Source: Methanobacteriota archaeon (lineage in GTDB: Archaea > Halobacteriota > Bog-38 > Methanoflorentales > Methanoflorentaceae). Taken from it: a stretch of DNA of 64,000 bases. Position 1 is the first letter of the stretch. Every line of letters starts with the position of its first letter. The position numbers and the translations under genes were made by a program. Below are positions 49,609-60,121 of the stretch, piece after piece. The notes under the pieces were generated by a model, which searched no databases, was not told where the DNA came from, and worked only from the letters and a program-made list of their open reading frames with translations. The stretch spans positions 96,001 through 160,000 of the forward strand of contig OY970393.1 in the NCBI GenBank assembly GCA_963720465.1, written 5' to 3'.

Positions 49609-52557
49609 ATGTCGAACGAACAGTTAAGCCTTGGTGTTCTCGAATATCTGAGAGACGACTTTGCACAAAGGCGCTGCGCCAGCTGCGGCAGTCAATTTTG
49701 GACACGAGAGGAGCAAAGTACCTGCGGCGATGCCCCGTGCGCGCCGTATACGTTTATCGGCGCTCCGGTTTTGAAAAAGCGCCAGCTCAATGAAATGCGG
49801 GAATTCTATCTGTCTTTCTTCGAGCGTCGCGGACACACTCGCGTTCAGCCATATCCAATCATTGCACGGTGGAGGGAAGACGTGTTGCTAGTCAACGCTT
49901 CAATATATGATTTTCAGCCACTTGTTACGTCTGGCAAGGTGCCCCCACCGGCGAATCCACTCACGATGTCACAGCCATGCGTTCGACTGAAAGATATCGA
50001 TATGGTCGGCAAAAGCGGCAGACATCTAACGAACTTTGAAATGATGGCGCATCACGCATTCAATTATCCGGGATGCCACATCTACTGGAACAATGAAACA
50101 GTCGCATATTGCGACACCCTCCTTCAAAAGTTGGGAGCCGACCCGTCGGCTATTACGTATAAGGAGAGTCCCTGGGCAGGAGGCGGTAATGCGGGGCTGT
50201 CGCTGGAAGTGCTTGTCGGGGGCTTGGAGCTCGCAACACTTGTTTTCATGGATATGCAGCGGTCAAAAACGGGGATGATGATCAAAGGTGAGCGCTATGA
50301 GCACATGGAGACCTCAATCGTCGATACGGGTTATGGTTTGGAGCGCATGGTTTGGGCGGCAAACGGCAAACCGACCATATATGACGCTGTGATGCCTGAT
50401 ATCGTCAATTACCTGGTAGAAGGCACCGGACTAGAGCACTCGCTTGAAGATCCGCATTATTCGCTTATCTTAGCCCAAAATGCTCGATTAGCCGGCCTGA
50501 TTGACTTGAACGCTTCTAATCTTCTGGTCCTACGGAAACGTGTTGCAAGTAGTATTGGCATTGCCGTTGAAGAGTTAATAAGGATCGTGGAGCCCATCGA
50601 GGCTTTGTACACCATTGCGGATCATTCTAGATGTCTTGTGTTTATGTTAGGAGACGGAATAGTTCCTTCAAATGTCAAAGCCGGATATCTCGCGCGACTT
50701 GTGATTCGAAAGGTGCTCCGCTTATTGCAAAGTTTGAATTGTCCTATCGCGTTGGAAGAGATAGTCACAAAACAGATAGAGAGTCTGAGCGCTTTCCCTA
50801 CATATGCAGCGCGCGCGGACACCGTCATTGACATGATACGATGTGAAACTGAGAAATATGGGAGCACTATTGACAAAGGTAAAAAACGTGTAGTAACTCT
50901 CGCCCAGCGCTACCGTGGACAGCGCATTCCCACAGACGAGCTCGTAAAAATGTATGACTCTAACGGAATACCCCCAGAGATCGTCGAAGCGGTGGCTGCG
51001 GAAAGCGGAGCGCGCGTTGAACTGCCGGATGATTTTTACTCGCTGGTTGCTGCTTCGCACGAGCGTTTAGAAGTCGGCGAAGAGCCCGCCTCCGAAGCTG
51101 GCCGAGGCTTGCCTAGTACCTACCGATTATTCTACGATGAACCTGAAGAGGTGATCTTCGAAGCTCAAGTGGTTGGACTGTTGAAACAAGGGCTAATTCT
51201 GGATAGGACGTTGTTCTATCCAGGCGGGGGTGGACAGCCAGAAGATACAGGCTATATCACGTCGCATTCGGGAACGAAAGTCCGAGTGCGTCTCGCGCGG
51301 CTTCTGGGGGACGCTGTAATCCATGAAGTCGAGGACGCTGCGCCTTTTGCGGTTGGAGAAAACGTAATAGGTGAGATCGATATTGACAGAAGACAATCGC
51401 TTGCACGGCATCATACTGCGACTCATATTCTGCTCGCGTCTATAAGGGCGGAGCTCGGAGATCATATCTGGCAGGAAGGGGCACAGAAGGGGGTACTCAG
51501 CTCACGTCTTGACGTCTCCCATTACAAGAAAGTGGCTGACCACGAACGGAAAAAAATCGAGCTCAGGGCAAACGCTGCAATTATGGCTGACACCGAGGTC
51601 GAACAGAGATGGATGGACCGAAACGAAGCAGAACAGACTTATGGATTTGCCCTCTACCAGGGCGGAGTTCCACCAGGGGCCATTATTCGAATAGTGAAAG
51701 TCCGCACCGATGATCCTGATGTCACCGATATCCAAGCGTGCGCAGGAACCCACATGACGAGAACCGGCAAAGTCGGACCTTTGAGAATCGTGAAGACAGA
51801 AGGGATACAAGATGGAGTCGAACGCTTCGAATTTGTTGCCGGCGTAGCTGCCGTAAAGTACGATCAGCTACGTGATACAATCATTAGCAAATCCTGTCAA
51901 AAGCTGCGAGTCCCTCCCGAACAACTAGCGGCTGAAGTGGGTCGCTATTATGAGGAATGGAAGCAGAGAGGCAAGGATTATGAAAAGCTTAGGCCGAAGT
52001 TCTTTTCTTTGGCGGGGCAGCGTGCATCGATCAACGCAGCGCAGCAAGCACTCCGTGAAGGGGATCTTGAAAAGGTGAAGAATGAGCTCATGTCAGTGGA
52101 CGCTGCATTCGAGAGGCTGACCAGTGTTACAGTTGAACCGTCCACGGTTAAGGCGTTAGCGAAAGCCTACCCTCCCATGGTGTGGATTGAAGAAACAATG
52201 AAGCGCGGCAATGAGCCGCGCCTTAAGATCTTAAGCTCCACAATTGACGCAGACATGAAAGAGCTTCTGCACACCTCACAGGAGCTGCTAAACGACAAGG
52301 CTGTGGTCATCCTCGGAGGCGTGCGCGCAGGCCAAGCACATGTCGTTATTACCGTGCGCGCTAATGTAGCGAAAGAGGGCTTGGACGCAGCTACGATAGT
52401 AAAAGAGGCGTGCAGCATACTTGGTGGTAGTGGAGGCGGGCGGCCTGAGCGGGCGCAAGGAGGCGGCCCTTATGCAGACAAGATCCACAAAGCTGTCAGC
52501 GAGGCTAGGAAACTCGTACGCGAGCAACTCGAATCGCTCGGGTACCGAGTAGGTTGA
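49609..52557 (+). CDS. alaS: Alanine--tRNA ligase (archaeal type)
   Basis: ASIYDFQP, RHLTNFEMMAHHAFN, DTGYGLER, IADH, HHTATH, QACAGTH and GGSGGG motifs. Confidence 0.97.
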   Translation: MSNEQLSLGVLEYLRDDFAQRRCASCGSQFWTREEQSTCGDAPCAPYTFIGAPVLKKRQLNEMREFYLSFFERRGHTRVQPYPIIARWREDVLLVNASIYDFQPLVTSGKVPPPANPLTMSQPCVRLKDIDMVGKSGRHLTNFEMMAHHAFNYPGCHIYWNNETVAYCDTLLQKLGADPSAITYKESPWAGGGNAGLSLEVLVGGLELATLVFMDMQRSKTGMMIKGERYEHMETSIVDTGYGLERMVWAANGKPTIYDAVMPDIVNYLVEGTGLEHSLEDPHYSLILAQNARLAGLIDLNASNLLVLRKRVASSIGIAVEELIRIVEPIEALYTIADHSRCLVFMLGDGIVPSNVKAGYLARLVIRKVLRLLQSLNCPIALEEIVTKQIESLSAFPTYAARADTVIDMIRCETEKYGSTIDKGKKRVVTLAQRYRGQRIPTDELVKMYDSNGIPPEIVEAVAAESGARVELPDDFYSLVAASHERLEVGEEPASEAGRGLPSTYRLFYDEPEEVIFEAQVVGLLKQGLILDRTLFYPGGGGQPEDTGYITSHSGTKVRVRLARLLGDAVIHEVEDAAPFAVGENVIGEIDIDRRQSLARHHTATHILLASIRAELGDHIWQEGAQKGVLSSRLDVSHYKKVADHERKKIELRANAAIMADTEVEQRWMDRNEAEQTYGFALYQGGVPPGAIIRIVKVRTDDPDVTDIQACAGTHMTRTGKVGPLRIVKTEGIQDGVERFEFVAGVAAVKYDQLRDTIISKSCQKLRVPPEQLAAEVGRYYEEWKQRGKDYEKLRPKFFSLAGQRASINAAQQALREGDLEKVKNELMSVDAAFERLTSVTVEPSTVKALAKAYPPMVWIEETMKRGNEPRLKILSSTIDADMKELLHTSQELLNDKAVVILGGVRAGQAHVVITVRANVAKEGLDAATIVKEACSILGGSGGGRPERAQGGGPYADKIHKAVSEARKLVREQLESLGYRVG

Positions 52558-52561
52558 TTAA

Positions 52562-53788
52562 ATGCATTTGGAATGTATTGACTGCGGCAAGAGGCACGAC
52601 CTCTCAACCGTCGCGAACACGTGCAGTTGCGACGGTCTTCTTGAAATCAGGTACGACTTCTCGAAAGTACAATTCAGTTTAGAAGATCTTTCGGCTATTC
52701 CGCCGCATGTGTGGAAATATCGCGAACTCCTTCCGATCTCAGGGGCGCCCATCTCGCTAATGGAAGGAGGGACGCCTCTTTACCGATGCAAAAGGCTTGA
52801 AGAGGAGTGTGGTGTCAAAGAGTTGTACGTCAAACACGAGGGGATGAACCCTACAGGCTCGTTCAAGGACAGGGGCATGACCGTAGGTGTTTCACGAGCA
52901 GCGGAACTTGGGACCAAGACCGTAGCGTGCGCCTCGACAGGGAATACCTCTGCATCTATGGCGATTTACGCTGCAAAAGCGGGCATGGAAGCAGTCGTTC
53001 TTTTGCCTCAAGGTCACGTAGCGTTGGGAAAGGTTGCCCAGGCACTCATGCACGGTGCAAAAGTACTATCTGTCAGGGGCAACTTCGATGATGCTCTGCT
53101 GCTTGTTCAACGACTCTGTTCGGAAAAAGGATTCTACCTTCTAAATTCAGTGAACCCATACAGGCTAGAAGGGCAAAAAACGATCGCATTTGAAACGGTT
53201 GATCAGCTTGTCGCGTACGGCAGCGAGAAATCGCCTGACCGCGTAATCGTTCCCGTGGGCAACGCAGGCAATATCAGCGCAATTTATAAAGGATACAAGG
53301 AATTCCGAGAACTTGACATCATTCGGGACGTGCCGATGATGACAGGGATACAAGCAAGTCGGTCTGCTCCGATCGTGGATGCTTTTCGACGCGGCTTGGC
53401 TGAGATAGAGCCGGTGATCGAACCCGAAACTGTCGCGACCGCAATCAGAATTGGCAACCCGATAAATGCCCCCAAAGCCCTGCAAGCGATAAGACAATCT
53501 AACGGCGTCGCAGAATCAGTAACCGATCAAGAGATACTCAAAGCTCAAAAAGATTTAGCACGGTTGGAAGGCATCGGAGTCGAGCCGGCAAGTGCAGCTT
53601 CAATCGCAGGACTAAGAAAGTTGGCTAGGCAAGGCACAATCGAGCGGGACGAGATTGTGGTTTGCATTGCAACTGGTCATCTCTTAAAGGATCCTGAAAC
53701 TGTTATAAGATCATCAAGCCCACTTACTGAAGTAGAAGCGGATTTTGACGTGCTTTATGAGGCGCTCTCTAACCTTGAGCGGCTCTAA
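52562..53788 (+). CDS. thrC: Threonine synthase
   Basis: NPTGSFKDRG, CASTGNTSAS, PVGNAGN and EPASA motifs. Confidence 0.96.
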   Translation: MHLECIDCGKRHDLSTVANTCSCDGLLEIRYDFSKVQFSLEDLSAIPPHVWKYRELLPISGAPISLMEGGTPLYRCKRLEEECGVKELYVKHEGMNPTGSFKDRGMTVGVSRAAELGTKTVACASTGNTSASMAIYAAKAGMEAVVLLPQGHVALGKVAQALMHGAKVLSVRGNFDDALLLVQRLCSEKGFYLLNSVNPYRLEGQKTIAFETVDQLVAYGSEKSPDRVIVPVGNAGNISAIYKGYKEFRELDIIRDVPMMTGIQASRSAPIVDAFRRGLAEIEPVIEPETVATAIRIGNPINAPKALQAIRQSNGVAESVTDQEILKAQKDLARLEGIGVEPASAASIAGLRKLARQGTIERDEIVVCIATGHLLKDPETVIRSSSPLTEVEADFDVLYEALSNLERL

Positions 53789-53897
53789 CGACTACACGCG
53801 CAAAGGTCCTTCTTCGATGGGATAGATAGTTCTTAGAGTGACACAATAGCGCAACAACGCGTGTCGTGTCGTGCGCGCTATCGTGATGGCGTCACAA

Positions 53898-54824
53898 TTA
53901 CGTCTGAATTTCGCGAGTTCCAATGGGAGAAGCTGCTTTATAGCGCTCTAAGTTAAAGTTCGCGTAGTCTTGAATTAGTTTAATTTGGGCTTCGCCCCCG
54001 GGCATCTTGAAAAGGTGAGCAAATCGTCTCTGTTGCTTGAGATACTCTTCAACGGGCTGTTGGCGAGGTACCTTCATCACGTTGACGAGTTCACCATCCA
54101 CTATTTCGTACATCATCCAAAGTCCGGTTTCCACTGCGAGTCGTGCGATCTCTATTGTTTTTGCGCTGTCGAAACCCCATCCAACGTTGCAAGGAGCATG
54201 AATCTGCAAATACGCCGGGCCGCGGACAGCAATACCTTTTTGCACTTTCTTTGCCAAGTCTCTCGGATAACCGACAGAGGTTGTTGCGACATAGGCTATG
54301 TCGTGGGCTGCCACTATGGCCGGCATGTTCTTTTTTGGCCGATCATTTCCGAACGATTTTTTGCCGAATGGACTCGTCGTGGTGGACGCATCGAACGGCG
54401 TGGAGCCACTGCGCTGGTTTCCCGTGTTCATGTACGCTTCGTTGTCGTAGCAAATGTAGCAGACGTCGTGACCCCGTTCGATCATTCCAGAAATAGCCTG
54501 CATGCCTATATCGACGGTTCCTCCATCGCCTGCAATCACCACGACTTTGCCCTCTTCGTCTCTGCCGAGTGCCTTAAGCGCAACTTCAATCCCCGAGGCG
54601 ACCGCTGCTGCGTTTTCAAAAAGCGAGTGGATCCACGGAACTTTCCAAGCGGATTGCGGATATTGCGAGGAAATGATTTCCATGCAGCCGGTTGAGTTTG
54701 CAATGAACACGTTTGCTCCTGTTGCTCTCAGAACTGCTTGTATTGTGAGTGCCGCGCCACATCCTGCGCATGCCCTGTGGCCCGACGCTAACAAGTCTAT
54801 TGGTCGCTCTTCTTCTGCTCGCAT
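53898..54824 (-). CDS. porB: Pyruvate:ferredoxin oxidoreductase beta subunit
   Basis: GHRACAGC, GDGGTVDIG and YDNEAYMNTG (TPP-binding) motifs. Confidence 0.93.
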   Translation of the reverse strand: MRAEEERPIDLLASGHRACAGCGAALTIQAVLRATGANVFIANSTGCMEIISSQYPQSAWKVPWIHSLFENAAAVASGIEVALKALGRDEEGKVVVIAGDGGTVDIGMQAISGMIERGHDVCYICYDNEAYMNTGNQRSGSTPFDASTTTSPFGKKSFGNDRPKKNMPAIVAAHDIAYVATTSVGYPRDLAKKVQKGIAVRGPAYLQIHAPCNVGWGFDSAKTIEIARLAVETGLWMMYEIVDGELVNVMKVPRQQPVEEYLKQQRRFAHLFKMPGGEAQIKLIQDYANFNLERYKAASPIGTREIQT

Positions 54825-54826
54825 GT

Positions 54827-56011
54827 TTAAACCTCTTGGAAATCCAAAATCTTTGTGTTCAGGTCGAAAAATTTGCTGTTCAAAATTTTCTTGTCCTCGC
54901 GAATGCAGTCAAACATCTTTACAAACATTCGTTTTGGGATGTCTCTGCCTCCAAGGCCAGCGATGAAGCCGAAGGCCTTAGGGGCGTTATCATCGTGATA
55001 AAGGCTCGCTTTGACATCGGTGAAAAGTGCCCCTTCGAAACCAAGTGAGATGTTCTTATCTAAAATGCCAACGGCTTCCAATCCAGCCAAAGCGCTTCGT
55101 ATCTCATCGACCGGAAATGGGCGATACGAACGCAGTTTAATAGCGCCGGCCCGAACGCCGTCGTCGCGCAGATCGTCAACCGTATCTTTCAAAGTGCCGA
55201 CCACAGATCCCATTGCCATCAGCACATACTCGGCATCATCACACCTGTACTCCTCTATAAGGCCGCCGTAATCCCGGTCAAACACTTCACCGAATTCGCT
55301 CGATATTTCCGGTATTACAGCCTTAGCCGCTTCCAGCGCTCTGTGATTCTGATACCGGAACTCGGTATAGTAATTAGGATCGGCAAACATGCCGAAAGAC
55401 TTTGGATCGTAAACGTTTAGGAAGTCCGCAGGCTGGTAAGGCGGCAAAAAGTCATCGACAAGGTCCTGTTCGAGAAGTTCGACAGGTTCATAGGTGTGAG
55501 TCAGCGTGTAGCCGTCCATACAGATCATCACCGGAACTTGAATTCGGCTATCTTCCGCAATTCTATACGCTTGAATTGTCAGGTCGCTCGCTTCGGTGTT
55601 ATCTTCTGCATAGATTTGAATCCAGCCCGAATCGCGCTCTGAAATGGAATCTTGATGGTCATTCCAAATGCTGAGGGGTGCTGAGAGTGCTCTGTTTGCT
55701 ACCGTCATAACAATCGGCAATCGCATGCCTGCCGCGTTAAAAAGCACTTCGTGCATCAGAGCTAGGCCTTGCGAGGTTGTCGCAGTATACGTCCGCGCGC
55801 CAGTAGCGCTCGCGCCGAGGCATACTGACATTGCGGAATGTTCAGACTCCACTTTCACATATTGCGCATCGAGGTCCCCGTCCGCTATTAATTGAGAGAT
55901 ATCTTCCACGATGTGCGTCTGCGGGGTTATTGGATAAGCTGCTACTACGTTTGGCCGTGCCGCCTTTACTGCAAGTGCAATCGCGTGAGATCCTTCCATT
56001 ATCTCTCTCAT
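54827..56011 (-). CDS. porA: Pyruvate:ferredoxin oxidoreductase alpha subunit
   Basis: AYPITPQT, ESEHSA, NRALSAP and GLGGRD motifs. Confidence 0.94.
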   Translation of the reverse strand: MREIMEGSHAIALAVKAARPNVVAAYPITPQTHIVEDISQLIADGDLDAQYVKVESEHSAMSVCLGASATGARTYTATTSQGLALMHEVLFNAAGMRLPIVMTVANRALSAPLSIWNDHQDSISERDSGWIQIYAEDNTEASDLTIQAYRIAEDSRIQVPVMICMDGYTLTHTYEPVELLEQDLVDDFLPPYQPADFLNVYDPKSFGMFADPNYYTEFRYQNHRALEAAKAVIPEISSEFGEVFDRDYGGLIEEYRCDDAEYVLMAMGSVVGTLKDTVDDLRDDGVRAGAIKLRSYRPFPVDEIRSALAGLEAVGILDKNISLGFEGALFTDVKASLYHDDNAPKAFGFIAGLGGRDIPKRMFVKMFDCIREDKKILNSKFFDLNTKILDFQEV

Positions 56012-56012
56012 G

Positions 56013-56963
56013 CTACTTCTCCTCCAGTTTCATTTTGATACCCTTGATCGGGCACTCATTAGCACATATTCCGCACCCTTTACAATACGTCGGATCCAGT
56101 TCATATCGGATGTGGGCCTTCTTGACAGCGGCCTTCTTAATCTTGCCCGCCTTTTCGAGCTCTTCTGCCTTCTTTCGCGCCTCATCGGCTTCTCGTCCGC
56201 TTAACGTTCGCTCGATGATGGCAGCGTCAGGACAGTTCTCGAGGCATTTGCCGCAGCGGGTACATTGCTCCATGTCGAACTCGGGATAAAATACTCTCCA
56301 GTCGCCAGTTTTTGTGATTTCTGAGGTCCCAGGCTTTCCAATTGCGGCCGTTGGGATCTTTTCGTATCCTTCACGTGTTTCCTTCTTCTTTCGAGCTCGT
56401 GTCTTTTTGTGGGGCTTTCTCTCGGTTGCGGCCATAAGCTGGTAGGCCTGTTCTGCTGCCCGGACGTTCAGCTCTCCGACTTTCCCAGGGAATCGGGCCA
56501 GCACCGATCGCTTGATCGACTCGATACTGATCTCGCCCGTAGCACCTGCAAACGCCCCTAGCAGGGTTGTATTAACGATTGGTCGGCCTATAACCTCAAG
56601 GGCTATTGCCGTGGCGTCTATCATCCTTACATCAATCTCGGCGTCGAGTCCTATCTCTTCAGTTGATTTTTCCGAGTTCACAATCACCATGCCTTCAGGC
56701 TTCAGCCCAGCAGCAACATCAACCGCCGAGATTAGCGTTGCGTCTTGAACGATAACGTAATCAGGTTCGTAGATTTGACTTCTCAGACGAATTTTCTTAT
56801 CACTCAGGCGCGTAAATGCAGTTACTGGTGCGCCGCGCCTCTCAACGCCAAAAAAGGGGAATGCTTGGCTGTATTTTCCGTCTTCGAACGCTGCGACAGC
56901 GAGTAGTTCGGCAGCGGTAACAGAGCCCTGCCCGCCCCTGCCGTGTATGCGTACCTCTTTCAC
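56013..56963 (-). CDS. porC: Pyruvate:ferredoxin oxidoreductase gamma-delta fusion
   Basis: HGRGGQG and GVERRGAPV (gamma), then [17 protein letters not shown] and [13 protein letters not shown] (delta) in one ORF. Confidence 0.9.
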   Translation of the reverse strand: MKEVRIHGRGGQGSVTAAELLAVAAFEDGKYSQAFPFFGVERRGAPVTAFTRLSDKKIRLRSQIYEPDYVIVQDATLISAVDVAAGLKPEGMVIVNSEKSTEEIGLDAEIDVRMIDATAIALEVIGRPIVNTTLLGAFAGATGEISIESIKRSVLARFPGKVGELNVRAAEQAYQLMAATERKPHKKTRARKKKETREGYEKIPTAAIGKPGTSEITKTGDWRVFYPEFDMEQCTRCGKCLENCPDAAIIERTLSGREADEARKKAEELEKAGKIKKAAVKKAHIRYELDPTYCKGCGICANECPIKGIKMKLEEK

Positions 56964-57153
56964 TTAGTGGCCTCCGTTGTTCATCATTAATCGTTCAATC
57001 TGATTTAATCCTTTCGAACGCATTATTTGATCCTAAACGCTCGTTTTGCAGATTCTGTGCTCAAGATGGTTATTTACTCAGTCGAAGTCGGGCAGGGTCA
57101 AAGGTCGTTGGCAGTGCTGCAGCTCCATTGAGGCGTGTGCAACCCCCGCGCTG

Positions 57154-58056
57154 TTAGAAATCGACCTGGATGCCCACAATATCGAGAGCGCCTTCCCACA
57201 CATCTTTAGCGATAGCCGCGCATCCCGTTGCTGCACTCCACGCGTCAAGAACGGTAGAAGAGGTGCCCAAGTGCTCGTCTAATAACACTTTCACTTTAGC
57301 GGCTGCAGACCCTGCCAAAAATATCGATCCCTGTGCTGAATAGTCTCGCAATAGGACTTGTAGTGCGTTGATCTCCATCGCCGCATACAGTGCCAGCGTT
57401 GCGACCATATCATGCTCGCTAAGGCCGCGTTTCAAAAGGCCGCCGCGAGAAAAAGCCTCGTTGGCAGTCATGAGGCCACTATCTACGTCCCGTATTGCTT
57501 GAAGATCCAAGGGTCCTTGTGTCACTCCTGGTGCAAATATTGCGGCATCAATTGCTCCTAAGATACGCGATTCCGCGACCGCGAGAGACACGGTATTGGA
57601 GCTTACGTCGCATAATATGAAGTCTCGGTCTTTGTGATACTTAGAGACATAGTAGGCTAGTCCGACCTTTTCTGGTGAGGCTCCGTGGGAAAAGAACTTC
57701 ATTCGAAAGTCGACGTTTGATTCGTCGTGGATTCCTGGTAATACGATCGCAGGCGTATCTGACTTATGAATTGCATCATAGACGGCGGTGCCTCCTCCGA
57801 TGTAACGTCCAGCTCCGCCAACAGCCTTGATGCCTCTGTTATGCACTTTTTTGGCGTTCGTGATCTTCGTGATACCATCGCCCATGGAGTATGTGAGCCC
57901 GATGAGCTTGACAAACTCAAGTTTGAGGTTTAGCCCCTCCTCCATATCGTGCACGACAGAAGACTCAACAATGTTTTGTCGCGGAAGCTCAAGCTTTCGT
58001 TTATCCAGAGTAGCAAAGCGAACAGCTTGGGTTCCGTGGTCAATGCCTATGAACAT
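57154..58056 (-). CDS. Methanogenesis marker protein 12 (UPF0285)
   Basis: FIGIDHGT, YSMGDG, FSHGASPEK, DVSSNTV and QGPLDL motifs. Confidence 0.88.
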   Translation of the reverse strand: MFIGIDHGTQAVRFATLDKRKLELPRQNIVESSVVHDMEEGLNLKLEFVKLIGLTYSMGDGITKITNAKKVHNRGIKAVGGAGRYIGGGTAVYDAIHKSDTPAIVLPGIHDESNVDFRMKFFSHGASPEKVGLAYYVSKYHKDRDFILCDVSSNTVSLAVAESRILGAIDAAIFAPGVTQGPLDLQAIRDVDSGLMTANEAFSRGGLLKRGLSEHDMVATLALYAAMEINALQVLLRDYSAQGSIFLAGSAAAKVKVLLDEHLGTSSTVLDAWSAATGCAAIAKDVWEGALDIVGIQVDF

Positions 58057-58082
58057 GTTCTTTGCAGAGTCAGATAAGAAAA

Positions 58083-58179
58083 AGCCTCAGGCGGAATTTG
58101 AATCCGCGACCTCGTCCTCTCTGTGTTCGATTCGAGAAACGTACCAAGGACGCGCTATACCAGGCTTAGCCACTGAGGC
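58083..58179 (-). tRNA. tRNA-Thr(GGT) with a 23-nt intron at 37/38 (58119-58141)
   Basis: Acceptor GCCTCAG/CTGAGGC; D-arm GCTA..TAGC; anticodon arm CGTCC-TTGGTA^A-GGACG; T-arm GCGGA-TTCAAAT-TCCGC. Confidence 0.9.
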
Positions 58180-58343
58180 ATCACAATTCATCTTTTATAC
58201 CAGGTTACTCTATAAATAATTTAAGTCGTGGTATATCGTCGCTGAGCTGAGCTACAGGCGAAAAAACAAGCTTTTGGGCTCGGTCGCCGGCGACTAGGAA
58301 ATGGCGCGAGTCAATACACGCACGAAACTGTTGGGGGATTTGC

Positions 58344-59561
58344 GTGAGGGACGATAATAATATGCTCATCGATAAGGTCGCAACGAAAAAGTTGGGGCTC
58401 CATCAAATCGATCTTCCTGCGTCAGAGGCAATTGAAATCAGGCGCAAAGCGGTCGAAAAATTGACAGGAACGGCATTGGATGCGCTCGGCGCGTATGCTC
58501 TTGACGCCGAGTCCTCCTCGCAACGGAATATCGAAAACATGATCGGAGCCGTGCAAATACCAGTCGGTATTGCTGGCCCTCTGGCAGTTGAGGGGGAATA
58601 TGCGAATGGAGAGTTCTACATACCTCTGGCTACGACGGAAGGGGCTTTGGTCGCCTCCGTGAACCGAGGTTGCAAGGCAATTACCTCTGCGGGAGGTGCC
58701 CTTGTTAGGATTTTCAACGACGAAATGACCCGTGCTCCAGTTTTTGAGGTGGCCGATGTGGTCGAAGCGCGGCGCGTTGTTGAATGGGTCAAGAAGCCAG
58801 AAAACTTTACTAAGCTTAAGAAAGCAACTAGGGAGACTACAAAACACGGGGAACTCGTTCGGGTAGACCCTTACGTTGTTGCGGACAACGTTTTCCTGCG
58901 GTGTGCGTTTGACACTAAAGACGCCCTTGGCATGAACATGGTCACCATTGCTACTGACAGACTTGCCGACATCATTGTTGAGGAGCTCGACATTCGGCTG
59001 GTAGCCCTTTCAGGCAATATGTGCGTAGATAAGAAACCAGCTGCGATCAACTTAATTGAAGGCAGAGGCAAAAACGTAGTTGCCGAAACCTCTATCCCTC
59101 GACGCATTATTCACGACGAGCTGAAGACGACGCCTGACAGCATGGCAGATGTTCATTATCGGAAAAATATGCTTGGATCTGCCAAAGCGGGATCGCTGGG
59201 CTTCAACGCACACGCAGCAAACGTCATAGCGGCTATTTTTATAGCAACTGGTCAGGACCCGGCTCATGTTGTCGATGCATCGACGGCGATTACTAGCCTT
59301 TCTGCTCGAGGAGACGAATTGTACGCATCCGTAAGCATGCCCTCTCTGCCAGTTGGCACGGTAGGCGGGGGAACCTCGATCAAAACGCAGCACGAGTGTT
59401 TGTCGATAATGGACGTGGCGGGCGGAGGGAAGCCCCCAGGAGCACACGCTAAGAAATTTGCTGAAATCATCTGCTGTGCCGTGCTTGCGGGCGAGCTCTC
59501 TCTCATAGCAGCCCTCGCTGCAAGACATCTTGCGAGAGCACACGCGACGCTTGGGCGGTGA
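58344..59561 (+). CDS. hmgA: HMG-CoA reductase (NADPH, class I)
   Basis: ENMIG, PLATTEGALVAS, DALGMNM, SGNMCVDKK and GTVGGGT motifs. Confidence 0.97.
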   Translation: MRDDNNMLIDKVATKKLGLHQIDLPASEAIEIRRKAVEKLTGTALDALGAYALDAESSSQRNIENMIGAVQIPVGIAGPLAVEGEYANGEFYIPLATTEGALVASVNRGCKAITSAGGALVRIFNDEMTRAPVFEVADVVEARRVVEWVKKPENFTKLKKATRETTKHGELVRVDPYVVADNVFLRCAFDTKDALGMNMVTIATDRLADIIVEELDIRLVALSGNMCVDKKPAAINLIEGRGKNVVAETSIPRRIIHDELKTTPDSMADVHYRKNMLGSAKAGSLGFNAHAANVIAAIFIATGQDPAHVVDASTAITSLSARGDELYASVSMPSLPVGTVGGGTSIKTQHECLSIMDVAGGGKPPGAHAKKFAEIICCAVLAGELSLIAALAARHLARAHATLGR

Positions 59562-59727
59562 CAGCACAGCAGCGTGCGCGATAACGTGAGATTACGACGT
59601 AAAGGTATCTTCGTTGCGCAGACCACTCGCGAATCACGGAACGTTTGTTTAAGAGGCTATCGTCTGCGCATCTAAGCTCATTCTCAAAAAAGAGTGAAAA
59701 GCAAGCGACCTGGGATGGTTGAACAGT

Positions 59728-60117
59728 TCATACTGGAACAAATTTCGTCCCGTAGTAGATCACGCCGTCTGGTCCTTCCTCTCCAAGCTTTCTAAAAACC
59801 GACTTAACGCGCATTCCGATCTTGATCTCAGACGGATCGCAAACGATCTGCGCCGTAAACTTTGGCCCCTCGTCGAGTTCCACAATTGCCAGAACGTATG
59901 GCGTCATTTTGCTGAAAGCTTCAGGAGCCGAATATATCGTAGTGTGAGTTACAACTTTTCCGGTGCCTTCAAACTGATATTCGCGAATCACGCCCTTACG
60001 TCTGCAAGAGATGCACACGCGCCGCGGGGGGAAGTAATAGGTATTACAGTTCTCACATTTTGTGCCGATGAGGTTATACCTGTTGGGTATCTCTCTACAA
60101 AAACGCGCAACGGTCAT
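59728..60117 (-). CDS. DUF35 Zn-ribbon/OB-fold scaffold of the thiolase-HMGCS complex
   Basis: CENC..FPPRRVCISC and GVIYYGTKF motifs; follows the thiolase gene. Confidence 0.92.
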   Translation of the reverse strand: MTVARFCREIPNRYNLIGTKCENCNTYYFPPRRVCISCRRKGVIREYQFEGTGKVVTHTTIYSAPEAFSKMTPYVLAIVELDEGPKFTAQIVCDPSEIKIGMRVKSVFRKLGEEGPDGVIYYGTKFVPV

Positions 60118-60121
60118 CGAT

